From Chiloscyllium plagiosum (taxonomy: Eukaryota), in NCBI RefSeq assembly GCF_004010195.1, contig NC_057749.1, forward strand, positions 6,353,933 to 6,380,399: a stretch of DNA of 26,467 nucleotides, written 5' to 3'. The position numbers were made by a program, and so were the translations under genes. Below the pieces are notes generated by a model, which saw nothing but the letters and a program-made list of their open reading frames with translations, was not told where the DNA came from and did not search any database. This document shows positions 10,323 through 22,644 of the stretch, piece by piece (position 1 is the first letter of the stretch; every line of letters starts with the position of its first letter).

Positions 10323-10544
10323 CAACAGGACTTTCAGGATTTCTAGTGTTAGCAGCTTTCCAAGATGACTCTTGAGTTTCAGGGAATTAAAGATTAATTT
10401 GTAGAACAATGCAGTGAGCATCTTGGGAGAATTAGAATCAGAGCAGTATTAAAAACAATTACTTCCCTTTCCAGTTCCTTTGACAACTTTTTTTTTAATT
10501 ATGTCTAAAGGTACCTGTTTGACTTACAAGAATTATTCAATGGC

Positions 10545-10870
10545 ATAATCATAGAATCTATACAGTGTGGAAACTGGCCATTTGGCCCATCAAGTCCAAA
10601 TCGACCCTCCAAAGAGCATCCCACCCACACCTCCTGCTCCTGCATTCCCCATGGCTAGCCCACCCAGTCTGCACAATATGGTCAATTTAGCATGGCCAAT
10701 CCACCCTAACCTGCACATCTTTGGACAGTGGGAGGGAAACCGGAGCACCTGGAGGAAACCCACCAGACACGGGGAGAATGTGCAAATTCCACACAGACAG
10801 TCGCCCATGGCTAGAATTGAACTTGGAACTGTGAGGCAGCAGTGCTAACCACTGAGCTACTGAGACCCCC
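10545..10870 (-). mobile_element. HE1-type SINE
   Basis: A box (GCTCAGTGGTTAGC on the minus strand), V-domain and HER1-like tail. Confidence 0.92.
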
Positions 10871-11947
10871 TAAAGTTCTGAAGAGTTTGGTTTTCTGATT
10901 GGTGCAAGAAGGTGAGGCTCCACCAAGATTGACAGGTCAGATGACTCCTGATAGGTCGGAACTTCAGGCAAGCAATTGGAGGTGGGAAGTCATACAATGA
11001 AACCGCTCAGAATATATTCAGTCATTGTCTAATAGAATGATGAAGCAGGCTTGAATAGCCTACTCCTGCTCCTATGCTTATCTCATTGATGGAAAGCGCT
11101 GTTTTATGGTCATGATGCAAGTCCAATTATGCCAACGCAAGAGCTGACAATCCTAATGCCTTATGCTATTGGACAGTGACGCTACTTTTGTAGGGTATAG
11201 TGTTTCCAACAGTTTTCTGAATGGGTTTGGCAAGTTACTCCATTGTTTCAACTAAGTGAAGATAATTGGCCAAATGCAATAAATGCCAGTCTTACCAGCA
11301 ATGCTTTGGAGTTAACTTGGTCTGATGCTGGATATAACATGTAACAGACACACAAATGGGAGCTTAATTTCTTGTTTATTTGCATAATTCATTCGCACAT
11401 GGACATTTGGATCAGTTTTTTTTTTGTAATATATTTATTTTATACAAATACTTCAGACAAAGGTTTTCTCTGAATTATCAACACTGCGACATACTAACAT
11501 TTATAAAATATTTGAAATGCTTGACTTTAAAAATCGATATTCTGAGGATGAAGTGTGGGAGAAGTATGTGTCAATAAAACCCAGGAAATGACTAACGAAA
11601 GTGTCCGTTTCTTCAATTATTATACTAATTTGTATGCCTGTTGATTATCCTGCTTAATGACTTAAGGAACAGTATTGTTGACTAATGGGCATTTTCTGCA
11701 ACTGTGACACCAATTGTCAGTATCAACGCTCATAAAATAAGGCGCAGAGTGTATGTGCCAGGATAACGCGCCTTCTAACCAGCCCCAACGTATCTTCCAA
11801 GGGCAACTAAGTAATATACAGTGAAACTGGGAAACTTCCAGGAAGGTAAGGTAGAGTAAGGGACATTTGGTGGAGTTGAACTGGCTGAACAAAGATGAAA
11901 GGTTAATAAAGTGGACAGTTGCTGTTGTGCAGGGACTTTGAATCACA

Positions 11948-12703
11948 TGTCTTATGGACCAGACCAAACCCCTTCAAGATAAATGAAGATAGTCGAGACC
12001 CTAACTTTTTCTTATTTTTAAGGTAAGTGCAAGGTGTTGACTTCCAGATGTAATTTGATTGGTCAAACTAGTCAACTTTATGCAAACACACTATTTTTAC
12101 ACTACAATTAAAATACAGACAAAATAAAAAGAGAAAAAGCAAAGAATTGGCTTTATTGCTGACCGAAACGTCGATTTTCCTGCTGCTCGGATGATGCCTG
12201 ACCTGCTTTCCCAGCACTACACTCTCAACTCTAATCTCCAGCATCTGCAGTCCTCACTTTTGCTTAATTACACCTCTAGCGAAATGCTTAACACAGTAAT
12301 ATATAGGGTGCTACTAATTAATTGTTCCAATATAGCAAGATCGCATAAACACACCCTTGGCAGAGGCAAATTCAGTAAAACAGATTGTCTCACGTGCAAT
12401 TCTAGCAGCAGGAAGAGAACCTCAGCTTTTAGCTGGAACAGATAGAGGAATAAGAGCTTCCACATCCAGCTTCAAGAATCCAGCAACTGCTGAAAGCTAG
12501 AACTAAAAATCTTGGTTCTGTGAGAGCTTGACTCCACCCATTCAGGCAATTTCGATGCTTCCAACTTTTTTTTTAAAAACCCAAGGCCTCACAAGCTGCT
12601 TAATTAATTGGCTTTGAGCAGACTGCTCGGTACCTCTGCCTAAACATTTCCTCATTGAAAAACCAGGACAAATTACATCTCTTAAAGCTGCAGTTTAATC
12701 ACA
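11948..12703. mobile_element. Probable solo LTR
   Basis: About 650 bp without the nested insert; runs from TGTC/TTATGGACCAGACC to ATCACA, with ATGTC at both boundaries as a possible TSD; no coding capacity. Family call is from recall only. Confidence 0.5.
12163..12262 (+). mobile_element. 5'-truncated PLE terminal repeat nested in the putative LTR
   Basis: CCGAAACGTCGATTTTCCTGCTGCTCGGATG...CTCCAGCATCTGCAGTCCTCACTTT; keeps only the 3' half of the hammerhead. Confidence 0.85.
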
Positions 12704-12724
12704 TATGTCCAGTCAGTATATTAT

Positions 12725-12900
12725 GGAGGTTGGTTAGCTGCGTTTGTGATGCTACTATTGCTCGTTCAAATCCTGCTGAAGTTACCATGAAGATCCTGCC
12801 TTCTCAACCCTGCTCCTCAACTGAGGTAAGGTGACCCTCAGGTAAAACTCACCACTCACTGTTCCTCTTGTTCTAATGAGAAAGTGGAACTGTGGCGACC
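12725..12900 (+). mobile_element. SINE family 3 (degenerate)
   Basis: Homologous to the reverse complement of 16362-16575 (CTGAGG...GGTGACCCT.AGGT.AAAC); B-box-like GTTCAAATCC. Confidence 0.6.
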
Positions 12901-12979
12901 TCTGCATTCAATGTTGCTCTATCCTTGCAAAACAAAGGTGCTTATAATACCAATGATATATGAAAGAAATAAACTTATC

Positions 12980-13310
12980 TTTATCCATTCACAGGCTGTA
13001 AGGTCAGTACGAATTATCAATCCCTATTTGCCCAGAGGGCAGTTATGAGTCAACCACATTGCCATTTATCCAGAGTTACATGTGGGCCAGACCTGGCAAG
13101 AACAGCAGATTTCCTGCCCTGAAGGGCGTTTGTGAATTTGGTGGGTTTTTGCAAAAATTGACAGTCTAGCTTTTTAATTCCAGATACTCTTTGAATGCAA
13201 ATTTCACCGTTTATCATGGTGAGATTTGAGACACTGTCCTCAGAACATTAGCTCAGGGTTCTGTACCCATTGACATTGGTGATCAGTGACATTGCCACCA
13301 CAACACTCCA
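12980..13310 (-). mobile_element. SINE family 2
   Basis: AGAGGGCAGTTATGAGTCAACCACATT...CCAGACC is the reverse complement of the body at 6700-6780. Confidence 0.75.
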
Positions 13311-13567
13311 TCACCATACAACAGACTCAAAACATGTTCAAATAAAATCACACATTTTGACTCCTACCATGAACTATATTTCAAACCACTTCATTTTCAC
13401 CTTACAATCAAAAATGAGCAAATGAGAAATATCAGACTTAATTGGCATATCAACTGTAAAGTAATCCGTGTATGTAGACTTGTTCTATAAATTGGACTAG
13501 TCAGTTTAGAAACAACATAGGGCAGAAAGAGTATATTTGCCCCATCAAGTATTTGTATGTAACAGTC

Positions 13568-13885
13568 CTTAGAATTCCTACAGTGTGGATACAGGCCACT
13601 TAGCCCAAAAAGTCCACACCAAAACTCTGAAGAGGAATGTTCCATCCTATCCCGCATCTCCCATAGCTCATGCATCCAACCTACATATCTATAGCTAACC
13701 CAAAGACAATGGGCAATTTAACATAGCCAATCTACCTAACTTGCATATCTTTGGAGTGTAGGAGGAGACCCAAGCAGACACTGGGAGAACATGCAAACTT
13801 CACACAGTCACCCAAGGGTGGAATTGAACCCAGGTCCTTGGTGCTGTGAGGGAGCAATGCTAACCACTGAGCCACCATACCACCC
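13568..13885 (-). mobile_element. HE1-type SINE
   Basis: A and B boxes, V-domain and tail. Confidence 0.9.
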
Positions 13886-14192
13886 AGTCATCTGTATCTG
13901 CTAACTATGTTGGTTCTTTAGGATTTATGTGGTCTCATGTTTGCAAGAGTATCTATCTTCTGGTCTAATGAAAAGAGTCTTGTACAGCAAATATTTTATG
14001 ATCTGGCAAATAAGGGACCAGGAGTGGGCCAACTGATCAAATATTCTGGATAATCAAGAGGTCCACATAATCAATGTAAAACCACACATTAAGTTATAGA
14101 AATGTAATGCAGGGTGTACACATCGCTGTTATATTTTATTTACACATACATCACTGAAATAATAATGCAACTTTGCCTTAAATAAAACTTAC

Positions 14193-14231
14193 CAGTAGAT
14201 AGCCTCTCACTCACACCATGACCTGAATACT
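14193..14231 (-). CDS. Candidate 39-nt exon (EYSGHGVSERLST)
   Basis: CAG acceptor after a pyrimidine-rich stretch; CTG|GTAAGT donor; symmetric phase 1-1. Confidence 0.25.
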
Positions 14232-14491
14232 CTGACATTGTGGTATTTGAGGAGAAATTGACATGAAATTGAATAAACTGTTGATTATTTCATGCGACCA
14301 TTTGATTGAACAGGAAGTATATTTAATTTGAAGAAAATTAGAAAGCTATAATAATTAGACAGAACAATACAGTAAACATCACAGTATTTGAGGTATGTAA
14401 TTTTTGCCAGTTTTTCGAGAGGGCTGGTTCATAAGGTGTTGGTTAAAACAAAATTTGCTGCACTTCAAACAAGATGAATTTTATTTCATCT

Positions 14492-15342
14492 AGAGTCATA
14501 AAGTCATAGGGATGTACAGCACGGTCCAACTCGTCCATGCCAACTAGCTATCCATCCTAATCTCCTGCCACTTGCCAGCACCTGGACAATATCCCTCCAA
14601 ACCCTTCCTATTCACATACCCATCCAGATGCCTTTTAAATGTTGCAATTGTACCAGCTTCCATCACTCTCTCTGGCAGCTCATTCCATACACATACCACC
14701 CTCTGCATGAAAAAGTTGCCCTTAGGTCCCTTTTATATCATTCCCCTCACACCCTAAACCTATGCTCTCGAGTTCTCGACTCACCCCCCCAGGGAAAAGA
14801 CTTTGTCTATTTATCTTATCCATGCCCCTCATGATTTTATAAACCTCTATAAGGTCACCTCTCAGCCTCCGACACTCCAGGAAAAATAGCCCCAGCCTAT
14901 TCAGCCTCTCCCTATAGCTCAAATCCTCCAACCCTAGCAATATCCTGGTAAATTTTCTCTGAACCCTTTCAAGTTTCACAACATCCTTCCGATAGGAAGG
15001 AGACCCGGAATAGCACGCAATATTCCAACAGTGGCCTAACCAATGTCCTGTACAGCCACAACATGACCTCCCAACTCCTGTACTCAATACTCTGACCAAT
15101 AAAGGAAAGCATACCAAATGCCGCCTTCACTTTCCTATCTACCTGCGACTCCACTTTCAAGGAACTATGAACCTGCACTCCAAGGTCTCTTTGTTCAGCA
15201 ACATTCCCTAGGACCTTATCATAAAGTATATAAGTGCTGCTATGATTTGCTTTCCCAAAATGCAGCACCCTGCATTTATTTAAATTAAACTCAATCTGCC
15301 ACTTCTCAACCCATTGGCCCATCTGGTCAAGATTCTCTGCAA
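14492..15342 (-). mobile_element. 5'-truncated HER1/CR1 LINE
   Basis: Frameshifted ORF2 (WVEKWQIEFNLNKCRVLHFG...RDLGVQV...LYRTLVRPLLEYC / YRKDVVKLERVQRKFTR) plus 3' tail. Confidence 0.95.
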
Positions 15343-15906
15343 TTATTTACAGGTTATAATCATAGGCTCCACATTACCTCAAAGCTTGTTGGGAGGATTT
15401 AACCCTGGGTCTATCTCCCACAAGATTCGACTGCACTTTCTCAACAAGTCCTCATGATATCGTCACAGTAGTTAGTGCTCATTGCACTGAAATCATGATT
15501 AACCCTTTCAGACCCCTTATGGACCAATCCAGTCAGTCTCATTTATGTTGCTCTGTCCCCATCTCCCTGCAACTTAATTTTCCTTCCAGTTGCCTTTTGA
15601 AACCTTTGGTCACCTTTGGTTCGACCCAACTTCTATGTGATCAAATAAAATAATTTTTACTTGTGGGACAGCCCTTTCCAAAATTTTCTGGGGCTCAGGA
15701 TTTGCCTTTTTTGGATCACTGCCTTAATGTTAGTGTTTGATAAGAACTGAAGTCAGCCAGAAAACTAGTATTAACCAGAGCAAGAGGACAATCTTAAAGA
15801 AAAAAAACACTTTATTAATGTAAAATGCAGACCAATCATGACCAGCATTGCATTTACATTGGAGCTACTAACTTGTTGCAGATTATGTTCAAACCTGGCC
15901 CTATCT

Positions 15907-16198
15907 GGGCAGCACAGTGGCTCAGTGGTTAGCACTCCTGCCTCTCAGTGCCAGGGATCCGAGTTCAATTCTAGCCTCGGGCGACTGTCTGTGTGGAGTT
16001 TGCACATTCTCCCAGTGTCTGCGTGGATTTCCTCCTGGTGCTCTGGCTTCCTCCCACAGTCCAAAGATGTGCAGGTTAGGTGTGTTAGTCATGTTTAAAA
16101 ACCCCATGCAGGGTTGTGGGAGTGGGGCTGGACAAAATGTCCTTAAGACGATTGGTGCAGAATCAATGGGCCCCTTTCTCCAGTGTAAGGATTCGATG
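15907..16198 (+). mobile_element. HE1-type SINE
   Basis: GGGCAGCACAGTGGCTCAGTGGTTAGCAC...GAGTTCAATTC plus V-domain. Confidence 0.92.
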
Positions 16199-16224
16199 AG
16201 CACTGTTCACCACCCACTTCAGAG

Positions 16225-16345
16225 GATGGGTAGTGCAGTGTTGACCAAGTTATCCAGAGACCTGAGCTAGAGTTCTGAGGAAGTGGGATCAATTCCCACT
16301 GTGGCAGCTGATGGAATTTAAATTCGATCTTAAAATCAGTAATTA
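16225..16345 (+). mobile_element. SINE family 2, 5' part
   Basis: Matches 6546-6610 (GTTCTG...GATGG.ATTTAAATTC). Confidence 0.6.
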
Positions 16346-16361
16346 AAAACCATTCTCAGGA

Positions 16362-16575
16362 GGTAAAGCTGTTGTAGTGCTACCAGGCTGTAGGGATGCT
16401 CTCTCTCTCATAAGAGAGAATAGTTTAACCTCAGGGTCACCATGCCTCAGGCCAGGGGAGAGTTTGAGAAGGAGAATCCATTTTTGTAACCATGGCTGAT
16501 GTGAAAAATTAACCTGTGCTGTTAACATCACTCTGCATTGCAAACCAGCCCTCTAACCAACTGAGCTAACCAATC
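16362..16575 (-). mobile_element. SINE family 3
   Basis: Minus strand starts GGTTAGCTCAGTTGG (tRNA A box); homologous to 12725-12900. Confidence 0.7.
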
Positions 16576-16616
16576 ACTTCATAACCAAGGAATATTAAGC
16601 TATTATTTAATTAGTG

Positions 16617-16745
16617 AAAACTGCACACACTGGAAATCTGAAATAAAACCACAAAGTATTGGACAATATCACAAGTTTCACAGCATCTGTGAAGAGAGAG
16701 AGAAACAGAGTTAATAGTTTCAGTCCAATGTGACTCTTCATGAGA
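16617..16745 (-). mobile_element. Old PLE terminal-repeat fragment with a decayed hammerhead
   Basis: Minus strand reads ATGAAGAGTCACATTGGACTGAAACTATTAACTCTGTTTCTC...CAGATGCTG. Confidence 0.6.
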
Positions 16746-16828
16746 AAGGATTGTATTTACACGAGAGCTATTGATCCTCAACTAATTTTTCATTGCTCAC
16801 TCCAGTTTAGTTCAAATGCAGTATAACA

Positions 16829-16955
16829 GGACGGCACAGTGACCCAGTGTTTAGCACTGCTGCCTCACAGTGCCAGGGACCTGGGTTGGGTTTCAGCCGT
16901 GGGCAACTGTCTGTGTGGAGTTTGCACATTCTTCCTGTGTCTCCATGGGTTTCTA
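16829..16955 (+). mobile_element. HE1-type SINE, 5' half
   Basis: tRNA head and start of the V-domain, truncated after GGGTTTC. Confidence 0.85.
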
Positions 16956-16972
16956 CTGGAGGTTGTGGTTTC

Positions 16973-17163
16973 AAAAAGAACTCATCTGGTTCCCTAAAGT
17001 TTTCCTTTTCGGGAAGGAAACTGCCATCCTTACCTGGTCTAACTTACATGCCAATCTAAACCCACACAACGCGATTGACTTCAAACTGCCCTCTGGACAA
17101 TGAGGAATGGGCAATAAATACTGACCTAGCCAGTGATGCCCCGATCCCAAGAACAAATGAAAT
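16973..17163 (+). mobile_element. SINE family 2, 3' part
   Basis: GGGAAGGAAACTGCCATCCTTACCTGGTCT...GGGCAATAAATACTG; matches 6660-6828. Confidence 0.8.
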
Positions 17164-17816
17164 ACTTTAGTGCCAGCTGTCGTTGCATATTTTTGGGAAA
17201 TTGTGTCACACTAACTCAACGCCTCCAGTGTAACCACTGGGTGAATGTTGCTCTTTTAAATCTGTTCTGGTTTGTACTTTAACCTCACATTCTTTGTAAA
17301 CGTTGGAGTGAATCTGTTATCAAGAAACCTCACCGTTTCACAAAGATGCTGAGTTGATCAGTTAAAGCTTGGTATGGCTGTATCTACAGCCAAGCACTGT
17401 GTTTGATTATCTTGTCGGTGAAGCCCTTGAACTTTGTTCGCAATGTAAAAGGGGCTAAGATCATTCCTGCCTCCTGCTAAATTGAATCAGCGACAAATTC
17501 GTCCAGATCAGTGAAATGTCCTTTCACTGAGCCGAGGGCATCCCCAGTCTCAGGAAAACCTGTCCCATGTTATATCAGTCTGATGCTTGCTAGTAATCCT
17601 GTTGCCTTTCTGAGTGGGACTAGGGAAGGATTTCAAGCTCATACTCAGGGTGGCCTTATGGACAGGGAGAACCTCAAATACAGCTTGGAAAGCTGACCCC
17701 ATTGTTCTTCTGTTGGGGGCAGTGGACTTCCTGTCTGTATTCGGAACAAGTCCATACACCCACAGAGTAAATTCTAGGCAGCCTCAGTCTGCAAATTGCC
17801 GGTTAAATTAGATTAT

Positions 17817-18073
17817 TATGAGGGGGCATAGCTTTAAATTAAGGGGTGGTAAATTTAGGACAGATTTAGGGGTAGGTTCTTTACTCAGCGAGTCGTGAGT
17901 TCATGGAATGCCCTGCCAGTAGCAGTGGTGGACTCTCCCTCTTTATTGGCATTTAAGCGGGAATTAGATAGGCATATGGAGGATAGTGGGCTAGTGTAGG
18001 TTAGGTGGGCTTGGATCGGCGCAACATCGAGGGCCAAAGGGCCTGTACTGCGCTGTATTCTTCTATGTTCTAT
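17817..18073 (+). mobile_element. CR1/HER1 3' end, relatively young
   Basis: RGHSFKLRGGKFRTD...FFTQRVVSSWNALP; several CpGs retained; tail TTCTATGTTCTAT. Confidence 0.9.
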
Positions 18074-20121
18074 TACATTTATTGTAAAATCATTCCAGAG
18101 GCACATGCTGAATAGTGATGATGATACAAATAAAACGAACAATCATAATTCACAATGCAGTTATAGTCAATCATTAAAATAAGGCATAAAGAAATAGGAT
18201 TATAAAATTATTAACACTTCATATCAATTAATTATAATACATTGTGAAGTGAAAGTCTCCTTGGTTTGCAGAATGAAATTGAAGGATTTACAGCCCCCTG
18301 CATTTTCTCTTCAAGTACATAGATCTTATGTTGTCAGGTTCAGTTCATTAAATTCTCAATCATTTATAAGGAGCTTTAGTAATGCAGGAATTGGGCTGCA
18401 TTGTTGACAACTCATGATTGACTAACCCTTCCACTCTCCATCATGATGCCAGGGGCAAAAGATGCGACGTGGAAACAAAAAGTCTAGCTGGAGAAATGAA
18501 TTTTCGTACCTGCCTGTTTTCCCAACTATTTGCCCACTGCAAAGAACCAGTGTTTTAGTACTGACATGGATGTGGTATTATATTATAGTCTGATGCTTAA
18601 AAGAGCCAATCCACCCAAAATCAAGACATGTAGAACACCCACAGGATACCTAACTAATCTCAGCCCACCTCTAAAGTTGAAAAAAACAACATTAACCCCA
18701 AATCAAGCCCCACCCTGTGCTTTGAATGATTTGTAGTGATTGTTAATCTTGGTTTAAATCTCGAGGACTAAGGTCTGATGCTACAGGTTATGCTACAATG
18801 AGTTTTATTTTTAAAAAGCCACATTGAATGATTTGGCAGAAAATTAGATCTCAGCGATGAGTAACTGGCTTGGAACCAAATGCTTGATTGACATGCTCAA
18901 CTCATATCAGCAGTGCATTATCTACAAAGAAATGAAGGACTGATCACTGGAATAGAAGCTGTTATAAACTAAAAGGATTCATAGTAACAGGTGCGCCCAA
19001 GGTCAATTACTCTGAAGGAACCTGACAGTCTCTTGTTTCAGAATGTGAAGAGGCCCACTTAGCAGGGAAACATCAAAGTCAAGGATTGCAGAGAAATTCA
19101 AAGGGTTAGTGTCACACACTTAGTGGAAGGCCATTATTAAGCAGTAGGGATTGTAATGCAAGAACCACATCTGTTACCAGGAAGAGACCTACTGAGCAGA
19201 AATCTATTGCAATAAAGCAGTCCCTTACATAAATAATGCTATAACTGATAGCTGTTAATTGATTAGGAAATATGCTTAATCAACTCATACAAAGCTGTAA
19301 AAGGCATTAAAGTGCAACATTGTCATAATTCCCCTTTTGACACAGAACTGGCAGTGATTAGTATTCGTAAGGGAGCATGTAAACATTGCATCTTGTTTGC
19401 CTGTGGTCACAATTCACTTGCAAATACTGACCACTAGATGGCCCTGCAAGTGAGTTTCTAAAAAGTTGGCCAAATCCAATTTACTCAGGCCTCTGAACAC
19501 ACCAGTGATTTTGATTGAGACCAATCTGGAGGAAGCTGAGTTTCGTTGCTTACTGAATGTTTCTATTTGCAGCGCCTGTTTAGAGAGCTGCCTTTACATT
19601 CCCGGCTGCACTTCAGCCCCAGGCGCTCTGTGTTGAGGGGGTCAGGCAGAACAGACAGCCTCAGAGCAAACCTGTTTCTGGGCTTCGTCAAGCTGGTCAT
19701 GAGCAGACAGAGAGAGCAGGCCAGGAGGGAACTGTAGGCCCAACAGCCTATCCTTCTCCCACTGATATGTCTGCACTCGGATGTCCATTGAGAGAGAGCA
19801 AGCGAGATCCACTAGCACAATAGAGGCCTTTAGGAATCAATAAGCAACACAGAGGCTGGGGTTCATCATTACTCTAGACAATGTTATTTTCATTTGATTT
19901 TGATAAGTTTCTTCCAGTTCTATAAATTTCTATTGACCTTTCGATTTATTTTTGTTACAGTGCCCACCGGGGGCTGTCTAACCTACTTAATGTTTTGTTT
20001 AAAGGAGTGGAGTAGGCAGCCTTTCACCACTGTTATGGCATAGAAACAGACCAGTTAGCCCATTGGTGATTTTATTCAACTGGAATGCCTCCTTAAATCT
20101 AGTATTCCAGTTCTCTTCCAA

Positions 20122-20682
20122 TACATGCAGCAGACACCACCAACTTCAAGTTCCCCTCCAAGCCACTCACTGTCCTGACTTGGAAATATTTCATTATTTC
20201 TTCATTGTCAATTGGACAAAATCCTGGAATTCCCAACCCAATGGTTAGATTAGATTACAGTGTGGAAACAGGCCCTTTGGCCCAACAAGTCCACACCAAC
20301 CTGGTGAAGCGCAACCCACCCATACCCCTTACCTAACACTACGGGCAATTTAGCATGGCCAATTCACCTGACCTGCACAGCTTTGGACTGTGGGAGGAAA
20401 CCGGAGCACCCGGAGGAAACCCACGCAGACACAGGGAGAACGTGCAAACTCCACACAGTCAGTCGCCTGAGGCGGGAATTGAACCTGGGTCTCTGGCGCT
20501 GTGAGGCAGCAGTGCTAACCACTGTGCCACCATGCCGCCCACATTGGTATTGTGGATCAAACCATAGCAAGTGTTCCGCAATAGTTCAAGAAAGCAGCTC
20601 ACCACCACCTTTTTAGGGGCAAACAAGATGGGCAATAAATACTGGCCAACTAGCAACACCTGCCTTCCACAAATGAATAAAA
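20122..20682 (+). mobile_element. LINE family 2 3' end interrupted by an HE1 SINE
   Basis: Homologous to 1525-1750; ends GGGCAATAAATACTGGCC...AATGAATAAAAA. Confidence 0.8.
20245..20540 (-). mobile_element. HE1-type SINE, best-preserved copy
   Basis: Intact A box TGGCACAGTGG and B box GGTTCAATTCC; CpGs retained; imperfect TSD CAATGGT/CATTGGT. Confidence 0.95.
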
Positions 20683-21254
20683 AGTACTCTTTAATATTCT
20701 CCCTTTTAATAGCAACTATGTATTTATCTTTGAAATGAACCGAGTTTCCAACATGTTTCACATTTTTTCTTTCTTTTCTTAAATTTGTGCATCTTAATGT
20801 CATCTTGTTGACCAATGAAAAATGATCCTTTACTGAATTATACACCAGAGGTAGCATAAAACCTACTGGAAATATTTGATTCCATGCCTGTATACTCACG
20901 AATTTCCATGTGAAATAGGCTAGAACTTTATAAAATTCCTAATTCTACAAATTAGAACACAATTCTGGGTAAAACAAGAATGAAAAAGCGAAAGTCATGT
21001 GTAAGCATATTTTGCTTGTTGGGAATATAAGGATATATCACTTGGAAAAGGTTAAATATACAGTCTGCGATAAGTATACAGAATTTACTGCCACAAACTA
21101 TCATTCATACAGAGTACGTGAATTCTTTTCAAAGGGAATTAAGTAGTTGCTTTACAAAGAAAATGAATATTATAAAATATTGAATATTAAGGAGATCAGA
21201 TGAGGTGTTTCATGTGGTGTGAAATACCAGCATTGACCTAATGGGGCAAGTTAT

Positions 21255-21574
21255 AATCATAGAATCCCTACAGTGTGGAAACAGGCCATTTGGCCAAACA
21301 AGCCCACATTGACCCTCTGAAGAGTATCCCACCCAAACCCATTCCCCTATCATTTTATGTTTCTCCTGACCAATGCACCTCATCCACACATCCCTGAACA
21401 TTATGGTCAATCTAGCATGGCCAATTCACCTAACCTGCACATCTTCGGACTGTGGGAGGAAATCCACGCAGACACCAGGAGAACGTGCAAACTCCACACA
21501 GCCAGTCACCTGAGGCTGGGATCGAACCCGGGTCCTTGGCACTGTGAAGCATAGTGCTAACCACCGTGCTGCCC
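21255..21574 (-). mobile_element. HE1-type SINE
   Basis: B box GGTTCGATCCC, V-domain and tail. Confidence 0.92.
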
Positions 21575-21889
21575 AACGCATTTACGTATTTATAGATTTA
21601 CCAATCTTTATTGGTTTCAATGTTGAATTCTTTCCACGTAGTGACTCATCAAAAGGTCTGATTGAATATGAAGCGTGGTTTCATCAGTGACATTGTTTGA
21701 TATTAGTGGCCCTGTTAAAATATGGTTAGTGAACCATTGGTACATGAGTTGGCATGATCAAAAAAATTGATTTGCATATGTATGGCTTTATTGCAGATCA
21801 AGAAGGCATCCTGTAAAGATATGGAGACTATAGAGATTAGAACAGATGATCTGTATTTACTTACAACTGTGTTTGGCACAGAAATATAT

Positions 21890-22200
21890 GATTCTGTCTT
21901 TTGGATAAGATATGAAACTACCGTCCCTTCTGCAAGTGGACATGAAAGATCTCTGGACATAACTTCAAAGACGAGCAGCACAGTTCTTCCCAAGGTCTTG
22001 GACGATATATGTACTTTTCAATCAACATTACAAAGGCAGATTATCTGGCTGTAAGAGCAAGCTGCATGAAAAATGGCTGTTGTGCTTCCTACATCACAAG
22101 TGACTACACCAAAAGGTACTTCATTGTCTGGTTGTAAAGCTCTTTGGACATACTGTGGCCATGAAAGGTGGTCTATAGTTGAAAATCTTGTTTTCCTTCT
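21890..22200 (+). mobile_element. Deu-domain SINE remnant (SacSINE1/AmnSINE1/SINE3-related)
   Basis: GTGGACATGAAAGATC...CAGATTATCTGG...CCTACATCACAAGTGACTACACC.AAAGGTACTTCATT...TGTAAAGCTCTTTGG...TGAAAGG resembles the recalled DeuSINE core and tail. Confidence 0.7.
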
Positions 22201-22644
22201 TATTCCTAAACAAGGGAGCAAGACCGTGGCCTTAAAAATTGCTATTAGCCATTGGATAGTAGCCTAAATAATATTGTTTCTGTAGGGAAAACCTAAATGT
22301 ATTGGAATTACATGCTTCAGTCCTCTACCTTAACAGATGTATTAACTAGCTTCATATGAAGTTATTGCTGAAATAAACAACGCTGCATTTGCAAAAGTGT
22401 AGACAGCAAAAGTGGACAAAACCTGCTAAATAATCTTGACTGCGCTAAGAATTACACTGATAATCAATTTAGGAATACAAGTGGGGCTTGCACTGTATCG
22501 CACGTGCATACTGGAAATTACATATGTTAAGACACTGGGTTCTATTATTTGCAGACAGAAAGATCATGCACACATGTTCTGTCTGTTTCAACTAAATAAA
22601 GTAGTCAATGCCCATTCTGTTTCATTACTCAGAGCAATGCCTTG

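Noticed and set aside
15907..15980. tRNA-like A/B boxes
   Set aside because: This is a SINE head rather than a tRNA gene; it is followed directly by the V-domain.
17511..17811. Short overlapping ORFs on both strands
   Set aside because: No motif, and no splice-compatible open frame.
20900..20938. Minus-strand exon-like segment EFYKVLAYFTWKF with GTGAGT donor
   Set aside because: Weak acceptor, and phase-incompatible with neighbouring candidates.
21767..22054. 95-aa plus-strand ORF after a TTGCAG acceptor
   Set aside because: It runs into the DeuSINE remnant and resembles no known protein.
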